A DNA stretch of 62,164 nt, filler included. It is 15 parts of 15 records of this genome, joined end to end, with 100 filler letters (N's around TTAATTAATTAA, not from the genome) between each part and the next. Parts side by side here need not be neighbours in the genome. Positions count along the whole stretch, not along the records: positions 44,668 to 47,796 come from SRR9670534_82; positions 47,897 to 50,645 come from SRR9670534_84; positions 50,746 to 56,621 come from SRR9670534_92; positions 56,722 to 58,849 come from SRR9670534_97; positions 58,950 to 62,164 come from SRR9670534_105; 10 more parts are not named here. The stretch is one strand, 5' to 3'. This document shows positions 47,462-60,437 of the stretch, piece after piece. Within the stretch, counting starts at the first letter, position 1. Every line of letters begins with the position of its first letter. The notes under the pieces were generated by a model that saw nothing but the letters and a program-made list of their open reading frames with translations, searched no databases and was not told the DNA's origin. The position numbers and the translations under genes are program-made.

Positions 47462-47896
47462 GACAGTCTATGCATGTGTTGTCATGGCTACATGGCTCTA
47501 TAAAACATTCTTATTTCAGCCTTTAGAAAACTTCCAAAAATGATAACTTTTAATAAAATATCTACAATTTTTATTAATACTTTTAGTAAAATATATTCAT
47601 AATTCTAGATATAAATTCAGTTACAGATCAAGACACATTATTGTGCGTTAAAACCGGTTAAAACATGGCCATGATGTAAAATGAAAAAATAAAGGATCAT
47701 TGTGAGGAAACATTTGCTCGACTGAATCCATTTGGTTCTTAATTAATAATAATATTGCCAACAATGGTAATCATTCATTAACACCTTCATCGGTGANNNN
47801 NNNNNNNNNNNNNNNNNNNNNNNNNNNNNNNNNNNNNNNNTTAATTAATTAANNNNNNNNNNNNNNNNNNNNNNNNNNNNNNNNNNNNNNNNNNNN

Positions 47897-47941
47897 AAGA
47901 GTTTCAAAGATTCAAAAAAAATTTTTGTTTGGAACACCCTA
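47897..47941. mobile_element. Probable DNA-transposon terminus (...GGAACACCCTA); related TAGGGTGTC end at 58805-58849
   Basis: A TAGGGTGT terminal motif next to A/T tracts at two contig ends. Confidence 0.4.
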
Positions 47942-48099
47942 ATATGTATTTATATAAATAAAACATATTATATAAAGTACTTATATACAACATATATGCA
48001 TACCTTTAATACATATTATACATATGTACATTATTAATATTATTAAACTTATTAAGTTGTTTTTTTCTACCTGCTTGTATATAATCACATTGTTGTTTT

Positions 48100-50645
48100 A
48101 GCTAATCAATATTTTATCACAATTATCCTGGTAACCTTGGCCTTTCCTTTAATAGAGAGTCATAAGTCTTATGACATAAGACTTATAATTATTAATGATA
48201 AGTAAGTCAATGCAAGAAAGAATATATTATTATTATGTAGTATTGTTATTCACTTGTTATTATTTATTTTTTTTCTGTTGCATTCTCTTCTTATTACTTA
48301 TGTGATGAAAGTTATATTATTAACATTTTCCTTAATCTGACTGTCTTGAGCAAACAAATATAATTTGAAAATTGTAAGTTTGTAGTTTTAAAATTATTAT
48401 TATAGCATATTTTCTTAAACATTCTAAAATATTACAAGTTGTAATTTACATTTTATTTTAAAAACAGTATGTTTAAATATGTTTTTTTTATTAAGATAGC
48501 TAACATATTTATTATTATTTTGCTTATTCAACCATAACAACAAGTTACTAGTAAGGTAATAGTTGCTTTTAAGGAAAATATTTTTGATGAAAAACTCCTT
48601 ATCCATTATAAAATGCAACATGGCTATACTTGGATTATCATAAGCAAACTTAAGAAAAAATGTAACAGAAAGTTATCAAAAACACCTAATTTTAAATTGA
48701 TGGAATGTTCAGAATGCACAGACAAGAAGTGTTTTGAAAAAGATGCTTCAATTGCATGCAATCACACAAACTCAATTGGATAAAGATGAACACATGACAT
48801 ATTTACTTTCATAATGGCTTAATGATTTCACTGTGACATTTAGTATAGAAATAATCACAGTAGAAAATCAAATGAGAGTTCCAAAGAATTTATTACAAGC
48901 AGCAATCTTATAATAACAGATATAATGTATGATTTTATTTCTTTATTGATTTTTATAGAGTTAATATGTACTGTTAGCTATATAATGCATTATTTGAAGT
49001 AACATAACTTTTATTTAACATTGAATAAAGAAGATATAAAATAATATATTTAGAAAAATAGTATTTATAATAAACCTTAATTTTTTATTTAAGAATTAAT
49101 AACCTGTTTATATAATGGGACTTAACATAATGCATTGCAAAACTTCTCTAGTGTTTCATCATAATGACTCTCTTCAACAGTTTTTGCAATCTTCAAAGAA
49201 TATTCAGAACAACATAATGTATGCTAGATAACCAATTTCATCTTAATGGTGATAACCAGTTAATAGATGAGCTTTTGAACAATCAAATAGATAGTACCAA
49301 TACTTCATGTTTTGAAAACAGTTCTGAAGTTCAGAAATAGCAATTTGAGCATAAGATTAGCATAAATTTGAGCAAAAAGCTGAGCAACAATTGAGGCAAA
49401 AAGCTAAGCAGCAATTAGAACAAAAAGATAAGCAACAATTGCAGCAGCAGAAGAACATTACAAGCATTCAATGGAAATTGCTCAAATATGTCCAGCCTGA
49501 CCAATATAAACATCAATAAGCAGTTTTCAATTTAGATTATCAATAAATAGTTTTCAATGGGGATACAATATCTACAATCATACCATATTGTCCATATTCT
49601 CAACAAAAGAATCAGAAAAATAGCCTCTTAGCTATAATGATGAGACAGTTATATATGAAAATAATTGCATATATATTTCAGAGGGTTAAATTGTCTCTTT
49701 GTTTATTAATGTTAAGCAATAAAAGAAATTGTAGTAATCATATATGTATGTTTCTCACTTTTAACAATTACATATATAGCATAATATAATACATAATTAT
49801 GCATGTATTAATGAATGTGAGTATATTTTATGTAAATAACATGCATGTAAAAATAGATGTCACTTGGTGCATAAGTCTGACTCATAAGCTGCATACATCA
49901 TATGTGACATGATAATCTTATGATTTTATTATTATTATAAAAGTCATAATTAGTAAGTATGCCTAAATTATTATTGTTACAATAAGGTAACATAACAACA
50001 GCCACCTACTATTCCAATGTCTGCTCCATTTGCTGCACTAGAGAATGGACTAACACTATAGATCAAAATGTCAAGGTAGGCACTGAAATTAGGCAGACAA
50101 TGAAAGCTGAACTTCTTGAGATATATAATACCTCATGCAAATGTACATAACTTGTTCATCTGCACTTTCAGTTACCATGATTATACTGTCATAGATGTAG
50201 TGCAGACTAAAAATGCTACTGAAGAAAAATATTATACTAAGTGAATATTTGTCATAATACAAAGGTTTTACATTATAATTAGTTATTATTAGCTACTTTA
50301 AATTATAATAGTAATCTTTGTTAAATGAAACTTATCATTTTCCATCAAAAATGTCATTACCAAAAGCCACAAATGTTTTCATTGCTAAATCATCAGGTAA
50401 TACTGGTAAAAAACTGATATTGGCTATAGCAGAAAATTTTGAAAATAAGAAATTTTTTAATAAGATAATAAAAGTTAAAAATAAAAGCAAAATAGTGCAA
50501 ATAAAACTGACTTACTCTTGCAGATTATCATCAATTGTAGTTCCAGGACAATTTGATGATGCAGAAGAAAATAAGAATACTTTAATTAATAATAATATAT
50601 TTTTAATAATTTTTTATTTATTAATATAACTTATTAAAATTTTTA
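48100..50645. mobile_element. Heavily decayed, CpG-free repeat-like or pseudogenic sequence
   Basis: Broken reading frames with a CxxC remnant (about 48700) and 24-bp GAGCAAAAAGCTGAGCAACAATT-like tandem units (about 49345-49445). No CpG found on manual reading. Confidence 0.35.
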
Positions 50646-51176
50646 NNNNNNNNNNNNNNNNNNNNNNNNNNNNNNNNNNNNNNNNNNNNTTAATTAATTA
50701 ANNNNNNNNNNNNNNNNNNNNNNNNNNNNNNNNNNNNNNNNNNNNATTTATCTATTTATTTATTTATTTATTTATAACATAACATTGAATATAAAGCTTC
50801 ATTTATAGTACATTGTAACAAATAAGGCGTTGTATTAAATGTTATAGGAATGTTTTTACTTTAATTTGTAGATATGATTATAATTAATAATAGTGGTAAT
50901 ATAAACAATTGTACATAGATGGTTAATAAGAATTACTACTTATAAAATTTGTAAACTATAAAAATAGTAGAAATATCAACTTGCTTTCAACTTGTTTGTA
51001 ACTTAAAGTAAACAGTTTGAATTTAAAACATACGGATAGATAATAATTTCTAAAATGGATATGAACATACATAATATTTAATAATGTTCAAAAACTTAAA
51101 CATTAGAATAAAATTTTTAAAATGTTATGCCATGTATGGTTGTAATTTATGTAACAATACATAATTCATATTAACT

Positions 51177-51605
51177 CACATCACAAACAAATTTTAACAT
51201 TATGCAGTCCTGGTGCTTTCTGTATAAGCTTTGAAACAACTTTTGCCATGCTGGATAGCTGATCATTTCATCAAGCCAATCTGGTGCTGTTGGTAATTGG
51301 GCAAACAGCTGATCAGCTTTAATTGGATCAAAGGTGTTTTCTATCATTGAACTTAAGTGATCTTCTACAGTAGAGGTTATAGATTCTTCATCCTCACCCA
51401 TAATTTTCAAACATTTTATCATCACATTACATAATTGTCCTACAGCTTTGTAATTACTGGACAGCAATTGGACAACAGGTTCTGGAGAGCCACTAGCTTG
51501 AAAGTATTTTCTTAGCAATCCATATATGGTTGGCTCCATAATACAATCAGTCTTTGAAAACTCTTCCAAACACCATTTTTTAACATCTGAACCACTTTCA
51601 GCCAT
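51177..51605 (-). CDS. NELFCD: Negative elongation factor C/D (TH1-like), first coding exon (3' partial)
   Basis: CLEEFSKTDCIMEP, YFQASGSPEPVVQLLSSNYKAV, FDPIKADQLF and PDWLDEMISYPAWQKLF. GTGAGT donor at about 51176. Confidence 0.92.
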
Positions 51606-51713
51606 CTTGCCAACCTAAACTTTAAATCTTTAGTAATTTTCTGAAAAGTAGAAAAAACTCATCCTCAACAAAGCTTAATAAAAACTAATTCGTCCGTTAA
51701 GTAACAAAAAAAA

Positions 51714-54700
51714 CTAAAGCAGAGAGATGCTGGAAGAAGCACCATCGCGATTGTGAATTTTTGAATACATATCTCTGGCTTCGTTCAAAGCACACCATTC
51801 GTACCAAACATGATCTGCCTTAACCAACCTCCAAAAACAGATGTTGATAGTATCACCACCTTTTAGTGACATTGCTTCCTACAGCAGTAATTATATTTAT
51901 GGAGAAATATTAAGAACAATAAAAGCATACCTCAAAAGGAAAAAAGATGGGAAACCAGCTAATCATGTTAGGATTTAAAGTTTCATGCTCTTTCGGAATA
52001 GTACCTAAAATGGAGGTTCTCCTAAATATTTTCAAAATTTGTTTCAAGATCAACAATAATATGAAGACCTACTGATGATAACATCAGCATATAAGGTGGC
52101 TCGGAAAAAACCAGCTACTCCATGCAATACACAATCCTGGGAAATTTTGAAAGAAATCTTACCAAAACGTTCATTCGCCCTTGGATTACCGATTTCTGAA
52201 AGTGAACATTACCGCTATGGAATTCCATTTAATTAAATATTTAAATATATTATAATTTTCGTTTTGAAAACCAACCTGAATTGGGATGCGAAAATGTAAA
52301 TAACTTAGCTGGTTCAGCAATAGTATAAGCATTCTGAACATTAACAACATAACCTTGTTGAAAATTAGCCTAAAGGTTGATAAAATAGGTAAGTGAATCC
52401 CTCGTTAATTAACACATATTATTAAATAATTATCACCTTTCCGCCATGTTCATTTTTCCTATGCTTTACATCCGCAATCAATTTATGAGATTGAATTGGA
52501 GCAATAAAGGATGAGTAGGATTGAGGAATATATATAGCGTCACCTGCAAATAAAATGAAAAATAAAATCTCTATTTGATTTGAGGATGAACAAACTCTTC
52601 ATAAACTTTTCAGATCCATCCACACATTCAGGCGAAAGTTCGTTATCACCAAATGATCCAAGTAATTCGGAAACCATGATATCACCCTTTTCTTCAGTTA
52701 ACCAATTTCTTGTATCACTGAAAACAATTTCAACATCAACTCCCCAAACTTCCTCTTTCAGAGCATACAGGCTAAAACAAGTACTTATTTATCCTAGAAA
52801 ACGTTTCATTTGCTTCCTTACGTCATTATAACGTCAGGGTTCTTTTCAATCGCAAAAACCTTAACTCGAGCAAAAACTTCTTCAGCTGCTTCTAGCGCCA
52901 ACGTCACTAGTGGCCCTCTACCAGCACCAACAACCATAATTCTTCTATGGTAGTAAATTAATCAATTAATTAATTTGCTGTTTGAAATTGAAACCTATAG
53001 CTGAACTAATTAATCTTACAAGATAATTGGTTCACTGCTTCCCTGAGAGTTTAATTCGTCGTGGCGTCTATCCCTCATGTCTTTCAAACTTAACAACAAA
53101 GCCTAAAATTATAATTAATTACAAAAAATAGCCTTAAATTTAGGAGTTCAATTGCTATCGATGACCTCTCTATAGCGATTATACTTTTCGGGGCATTTTT
53201 CAAATACTTCATATGTTGAAATGTCCAAATTATCTCCCAAAGGTTGTAATGGAACTTGTAACAGGTCTTCCCAGCCATCGGAATGCTGTTCAAACTCATT
53301 CATTGGTTCCATTTGCTTAAAAAGGGATTATTAAAATATTCGACATAGTGTTTTTATTGAATCTCGTACTGAATGTAAATGTCGTAAATATTCATGAAAA
53401 TGTGCCAGTTCTTTGTCGGTAAAGCGCTCGTCTTTTTCATCTGGAGAAATGATTACATGCAAATTGGGTATTTGCTAAAAAACGTCAATGTATGTGCAAT
53501 GTTCAATAACTAAATATTTCTTATACAGACACACTCTAAAAAGATGTTGCAGAAAAGACTGATGATCCTTTCGTAACACCGGAAATTTTCTGGCATTGCA
53601 CAGGTAAACCCGGCTATTCATCCAAAGACCAATGACTGGTTCACCAATCCATCTTTGCAGTGCCAACTTCTCTTCAGGCAACTTTTTTGGTAAGTCAAGA
53701 AGAAGAAGAATTCTTGGCAAATATGAGCATAACGAACGGAATTTATTCCACCAATGCCATGATACATCAAATGGGTTTTCAACCTTCTCTGCAATCATTA
53801 ATAATACATTGAAAATCGTGTGATACTAGCATCTTTATTAATAATAATCATATGGTATTTCAAGTTGACATTTTCAACATTTATTATCTACATTACAAAT
53901 TTGCAACTTGTAAATTACAAGTACTATTGTATTGTTGCATTGTAGTTATTGTAGGATCTGTAAATTACAATGCAACATTACAGACTGTAACCAGCAATAA
54001 CTTGATATTTATTATAAAATACAATAGCAACACATTTGAAAACATTGTACATGCGACATCTATTAAACATTTACATGAAATAAACGTCCTACTATAGTAA
54101 CTGACCTTCAGAATGATTACTGGCCTTCATAGGAATTCGCATTAGTATCTAAGTAATATTATTGCAAATATAAAAAAAAAGATTAAAAAAAAATTAGTAC
54201 ATACCATGTAATTAGTATTGTGAGATTTGAAAGAGCTCATTATGCGTGCCAGGTTTTCACAATTTAAAGATGTTAAATTGATGATAACCCCACGCATGTT
54301 CATACTAGCTGCCATGTGCAATTCTTGCAGGAGTGCCTAGATGTAACGTTTTATTATTAATAATTGGCAACATACAAAAGTTATCTTCAGAAAACACTAT
54401 AGGTACTGACTTTTTCTGAACTAGCTGCTAATTCAGGATCCGTTGCATCAACATTAATCCAGTGTGATGTAATACCAACTACATTCGCAGCATGTGTGCC
54501 AGAAAAATTTAACAACTCATTAGTATTGGTAAAATGTGGTAAAGACCTTTCCCAAATATCTTGGCTAGAAGGACCCGGAACTTCACTTCTAACCAACGGA
54601 ATTGCAACAAAATGAAATCTTTCACTATCCAAAGCATACTCAATGTTCTCGGGCAATGTATATTTCGAAAAGACACCATTACTGCAATCCAAGCCAATGT

Positions 54701-54743
54701 TAACATTAAAAGGTCTCGCACCAAAATCACCCTGTTCATTCAT
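51714..54743 (-). CDS. PRMT5: Protein arginine N-methyltransferase 5, complete multi-exon gene
   Basis: [67 protein letters not shown] and IHNRDG. The GT-AG introns traced are phase-consistent. Confidence 0.96.
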
Positions 54744-55008
54744 CTTCAAAAACTCGTCTTATAACCTATAACCTACAGAAATGACAAATTACAACACAAA
54801 ATTTAAAAAAGTTGAAAGTTAGCCTAGTCAAAAAACAAATAAATTTCACACGTATTAATTTTAATCATTGTCAAAAAATGGTCATTACAATATAAATACA
54901 TAATTAATAATTAGGTGTAATATAATTGTTATTATTAACAAAAAATCAACGAAATAACAAAACGAAATCTCAAACTTATTATTAGCATGTCATATAAACA
55001 AGAAATAG

Positions 55009-56233
55009 CTACGTAGCTAGCCAAGGGTTAGCGGCGATGACCTCCGGATCTTGTTCATTGTAATTATAAAGCAATTCTTCACCTATTTCAATATTTCTCT
55101 TAGCAAAAATGATTAACCTTGGGGATCCATCAACTTCACAAACCTTTGTTATACAATTAGGTTTTTTCCTAGAATGATTGAGTAATCGTCCATAGTATTT
55201 ACTTTCCGCAGTTGCATCAATACTAAAAGATATTAAGGTGATTTAAATTTTAAAACAAGATTATCAATTACCAATGGTTCTCATCTTTAAATTTAAAATA
55301 GTAAATATAAGAAGGGTAAGAAGTGAGATTCTGTCTTTTTTGTTCTGCCAAATATTCCTTCTCCCTTTCTTTGCCTACATTCCTAAGAAGTAAATCACCA
55401 ACATATTCCACGACGAAATCCCCTTTTTTGAATGGTCTGGTGGCAATTATACCTCTGCCCTTTTCATCAAAATCCTTTACTTCAAGACCAGATTGTTCAT
55501 AATTTCGAATCTTCACGTCTAATTCCTCAGCCCTTTCTTTCTAAATTATGTATATCCAGAATCAAGCAATCAAACACGTTACCATGAAACATTTTCATTG
55601 AAAAGCGACTTAATTTAAACAAATAGGTACACATAAAAGTAGATTACTATTATGTACCTTTAATGTTTCTGCTGTTTTACGGTTGCTACGACGAACTGGA
55701 AAAAATTCAGTAATACTTTTCTGTGAATTGCTTAAAGAATTGATGGTGTTCTTTTTCTTCCGTTTTGTAGACTTTTTCTCTTTTAGTTGCATATTCTTTA
55801 GAGAACCTCGACGACCAGATGAACCAGATTGTTTTTTATTGTCAATGAAGTGAATGACTTTCCATTTTTCCCCATGCTTCGCATCTTCGTCATTATTAGT
55901 AGAATTAGCATTTGTACTGCTATCAATAATTACGGAGGCATCTGTATTAGATGCGTTGCTAACGGCTTTTCTTGCTAACGGCTCTTCTATTACAATGCCA
56001 TCATCAATAACATTTAATTTATTTCCTAAATGGCTATTGTATGTATACATACATTACCATAGTACAATAATAATAACACATGCTATATTATATGTACGTA
56101 AAGTACATGTGCATATACAACAATAAAATTGACGCAGTATTGAAGCAGTATACTATAGTACACAGGGTATGTACAGATTATATACTTACCCTATGTATTC
56201 GATACATTGTATCAATTTGATACACACATACAT
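55009..56233 (-). CDS. KMT5A: Histone H4K20 monomethyltransferase SET8/PR-Set7 (5' exon tentative)
   Basis: PIP-degron QKSITEFFPVRRS, KGRGIIATRPFKKGDFVVEYVG, YIYYF, IDATAESKYYGRLLNHS, ELLYNY and NPWL*. The ATG at 56233 is inferred from a phase-2 intron. Confidence 0.9.
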
Positions 56234-56539
56234 ATTTGAGGCTTAATTAATCTTATCCATAATGTGTAATAACGAAGTGCATAATTACCCTCAGAAATTG
56301 AAATAATAATGTCACATATGTCACATAATAATGATATTCATATGTATCGCATACAAATTCGAATTTCTACATCAATGGAAACAGATGTACTGAGGTATGT
56401 CATATCGGTAGCATTCGGTAATAATTTGGTACATGGTATGTATAATACTATAAATTTTATGTATAGTACTGTACGTACATGTACGTACTATATATTATAC
56501 CTACGTACGTACTATTGTGCGTACTGTGTATTACATACG

Positions 56540-56621
56540 TACCGTACTCCAATAAACGCCTCCCTTTATGGGGTTTTTCAACACTAATTGAGAAATAAGC
56601 GCCTCCCTCGAATAAACGCCT
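56540..56621. mobile_element. Second copy of the TA|CCGTA...AATAAACGCCTCCC element end
   Basis: The AATAAACGCCT motif occurs three times and is shared with 33289-33372. Located at a contig end. Confidence 0.65.
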
Positions 56622-56771
56622 NNNNNNNNNNNNNNNNNNNNNNNNNNNNNNNNNNNNNNNNNNNNTTAATTAATTAANNNNNNNNNNNNNNNNNNNNNNN
56701 NNNNNNNNNNNNNNNNNNNNNTGCAATACTATACTATAGTAATGTATTGTAATTGTGGTTTGAAAACATAG

Positions 56772-57983
56772 ATTTGCAAGAAGCTTTTAATACATATGAT
56801 AAAAATGGTGATGGCTTGATTGACCGTAAAGAACTTGGAGACATACTTCGATCAATGGGTCAGAATCCAAAAGAAGAAGAAGTTGAGCAACTTCTATTTG
56901 AACATGATGCAAATGGTACCTATATTCCAGGCCTATTGTTTAAACAATTATTATTGTTATAATTATTATTGTTGTTGTTGCTATATATAGTATATAATAC
57001 TTTATTATAATAATAAAGTGCGCCAATTGGTTGGTCTTCTGATCTGTAGGTAGTGGTAAGTTGGAATTTCCAGAATTTGTCACAGTTGTTGTAAGAAAAT
57101 TCAGGGAAATGGATACAGCACAACAAGAAGAGGATGTTAAAATGGCTATTAGAGTGTTTAACCCAGATAATAGGGATTTTATAGATGCAGAAGAAATCAA
57201 ATATGTTTTGGAACAAATTATGCATGATTCTACATCTTCTGATAATAGCAATATTAATGCGGAAGAAATAAGAGATCTTTTAAAATTTTTGGATATTAAT
57301 AGAAATGGCCAATTGGAAATTGAAGGCAATTAATTGATAATAATAATTAATAGTAAAAAATATTAACGTTTAAAAATCTTAATAAATATAACCTTTAAAA
57401 TGTTATTTTTCAAAATGTATATGATAAATATATTAGTATACTATATAATGAAAAACTATATACTGAAAAATATAGCTATTGAATATTTAATTTTAATAAT
57501 ACTAATTTAATTTTATTAATAAAAATCTTTACTATTGATCCATTTTCTCAATTTTTTATTAAACATGTGTAACAATATGCATATATCTAACAATAAAAAT
57601 TTTTATTTTAAACAACAACAAAATATTATCAATATTATGAATATTTGCAAATATTTTTATAAAAAGTATATTGAAAATAGAAAATAAGTGAAAAGTTTAG
57701 TGTTGTAATTATTAATGCATGTTTAAATGATTAAACAATTATTATTAAATATTAAAATTGAAATAGAAAATTAATAAAAAAAACTCATTCTTAAGAATTA
57801 TAATTATAAGTTTAATATATTATTAACTTTTTTTTGTTTGTTATTTGTTTAAGTTGAATATTATTATGAGAGATTTATTTTTATTAAAATGTCATTTTTA
57901 TGACATTTTTTAGTACCTACATATTTTTAGAAATCAGCAAGCTGTTGGAGTATAAAGATGAGAGTAACCTCACCTTCAAGTAG
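56772..57983 (+). CDS. Calmodulin-like four-EF-hand protein (5' partial); exons about 56772-56914, 57050-57325, 57931-57983
   Basis: EF loops DKNGDGLIDRKE, DANGSGKLEFPE, degenerate NPDNRDFIDAEE and DINRNGQLEIEE, plus the LRSMGQNP linker. Confidence 0.88.
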
Positions 57984-59399
57984 TTAGCATAAATTGGAGT
58001 CTGTGATAAGATTGTATTTTTATGAATCAAACAAAGAGTGCTGAAATTTGATATTTTGCTGTTATCATTAGTAACAATTTCTGTATTAAATAATATTGGA
58101 TGCCATTGTTGATATAAAATATTTACTGATCTTTCATGGTCAATATGTAGGTCTATGTCATGTGCTAATAATGAAGAACTCAGTAATACTGATCAGTATA
58201 TTATTTAAAATTCATACTCTTATAACTTAGTTTTGTCAATACTCTACTTGTAGTAATGTAAAGTATTGGTCTGTTTGATATTTACTTGAACTTGATGTAC
58301 TATAGTACAAAAGCTTTTTTGTTTCATAGTATCCCATGTACATGACCAGTGGTCACTAGAATTATACTGGTATATTTGTATATTTGTGTAGAACTTTTAT
58401 AATATATTATTATAACAATAATGTTTATGTTTTTATTATCATAATAATGATAATAATCATTCTTGATATTAACTTTTTGCAGTATAAGTTTATGAAAATT
58501 TTTTATTACTAGTAATAGTTTAACAACTTGTTGTTGTTATTGACAAATCTATTGAATAAAATATCATGATTATAATAACACGTTATTATTAATAATAATA
58601 TTAATAATGTAATAATTATGAAAGGATATATGTTATAATAAAAGAAATTTAATTTATTGAATAACATAAGTTATATTATATAACAAAATAAGCATTCACA
58701 AATTAATACTATTTTAATAATACTAATAGGTATAGTATATACTAATGAATATTAATATATTTATTAAAGGCTCCATTATAGATGTTTACTACTCTGTGGG
58801 CTTATAGGGTGTCTCCGAGTCAAAAATAAACTTTTTTTGAAAATATATCNNNNNNNNNNNNNNNNNNNNNNNNNNNNNNNNNNNNNNNNNNNNTTAATTA
58901 ATTAANNNNNNNNNNNNNNNNNNNNNNNNNNNNNNNNNNNNNNNNNNNNTATTATTAATAATAATAATTATTAATTAATAGCAATTAAAATAAAAAGGCA
59001 CTTATTATAAAGAAAACTTCTGAAGCAGTCATGCACATTACCAAGGCTCTCTATACAATGTATAGTATAAATACTTGTTTCAGAGACCCTTGGCATAACA
59101 CATGCTCTATCAAACGTTTTCCTTATGATTTTTTATCACAATTTTTAATTGATTCTTTTATTTAATATTAGAATGCTTAACTTCTACACTGGAATACCTT
59201 AATTAGGTACATATAAATCACAAGAATTGTTGAGTAGTGATAATAGTTGAATCACTTCTCAGAGCGTGATCTGGTTATTTCCTCATTTGGGATACCTTTA
59301 ATATTATTATTATTTAATTAAGCCATAGCTATGCCCCTTTTCTAATTGGTTCTCTTGCTGGGCAGGTAATACCTGCCGTCTGAGAAAAAAAAACAAATT

Positions 59400-60437
59400 A
59401 TGAACACTACCATTATTTCAAATTTTTCAACTACCAATGTGGAAGAAACCCAATCACCACCAAATGCCATCAAAATCTTATTAGTCAGTGTAATTTTGGG
59501 CATAATTTTGAACCCCCTGATTTTATGCACCATTTTTTCAAGAAAAAATCTTCGTCAAAAACCTGTAGCTGTGTTCCAGGTAAGTTTGGCATTCACAGAT
59601 TTGGTGGCAAATATTTTTTGGGGTTTGAAGGTATACCTGGGCATAGCCTATCCCATCCAAATGGCTGAAATTTCTATCAAATACCATATTTGCAAATATG
59701 TTCAAGCCCTTGGATTCACAGCTGGCACTTGTTCTGCACACTGTGTTTTGATGAGCACTATCCATCGATTTGTTGCAGTTTCATTTCCAAGCAAGCTTGA
59801 TGTATACTTCACCATGAAGAGAACAATAGCTTTGGTAGCCATTGTCTTCTCTTGTATTTTTGTTATGTGTTTTGGAATATTTACTCAAATTGTATACATA
59901 AGTCCAGAAGCTCCTTGTGGACGCTTGGATAAACCTTATTTAGCCCAAATGTTAGCTTCGTTATTATCTTATATTCCTATACCAAGTATTATAATCTTCA
60001 CTGGTATTACTATTTTTAAATTTATTGCCCAAAGTAAGAGGGTAAATAGAGGGGCAAATACCCAAAGTCAACGCAGACAAAATAGACTAACTGTTATGAT
60101 GTTAGCAATAGCTATTGCTTTTATTGTTCTCAATTTCCCATTGGTTTTGATAAGAGGTGTTGTTTTTCCATTGGCAATGGCCTCTGGCGATTCAGAGCAA
60201 ATTGCTAATGCTAACATCAGCTTAAATGTTGGATATCTGTTCTTCTTTTTCAATTTTGCTGTTAATTTTTTAGTCTATTTAAGTACTAATAAGAACTTTA
60301 GAGATGAGTTTTTAATGATGCTTAGGGTACGATCAGTCTTTGGTAATGTTGTTGGTGTCACTAGTGTTGGTGCCAACAGCTACAACTCGAATCGTGGGAC
60401 TCAGCAAAATAGAACAACAAATTCTGCTATCAAATGA
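59400..60437 (+). CDS. Intronless class A (rhodopsin-like) GPCR, paralog 1
   Basis: Seven hydrophobic helices; TM1 GxxxN, TM2 LAFTD, TM3 C...HRF, TM6 LNFP and TM7 NFLVY followed by NKNFR. Confidence 0.92.
   Translation: MNTTIISNFSTTNVEETQSPPNAIKILLVSVILGIILNPLILCTIFSRKNLRQKPVAVFQVSLAFTDLVANIFWGLKVYLGIAYPIQMAEISIKYHICKYVQALGFTAGTCSAHCVLMSTIHRFVAVSFPSKLDVYFTMKRTIALVAIVFSCIFVMCFGIFTQIVYISPEAPCGRLDKPYLAQMLASLLSYIPIPSIIIFTGITIFKFIAQSKRVNRGANTQSQRRQNRLTVMMLAIAIAFIVLNFPLVLIRGVVFPLAMASGDSEQIANANISLNVGYLFFFFNFAVNFLVYLSTNKNFRDEFLMMLRVRSVFGNVVGVTSVGANSYNSNRGTQQNRTTNSAIK

Noticed and set aside
245-55011. Stop-codon reassignment suggested by in-frame TAA before three ATGs
   Set aside because: TAA, TAG and TGA all end conserved proteins at the expected places (Tob, Rabs after CCxxx, PRMT5, SET8, GFRP).
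2873-58949. Regularly recurring TTAATTAATTAA within N-runs as a biological repeat or CRISPR-like array
   Set aside because: It is an identical artificial six-frame-stop spacer, so adjacency across it is not evidence of linkage.
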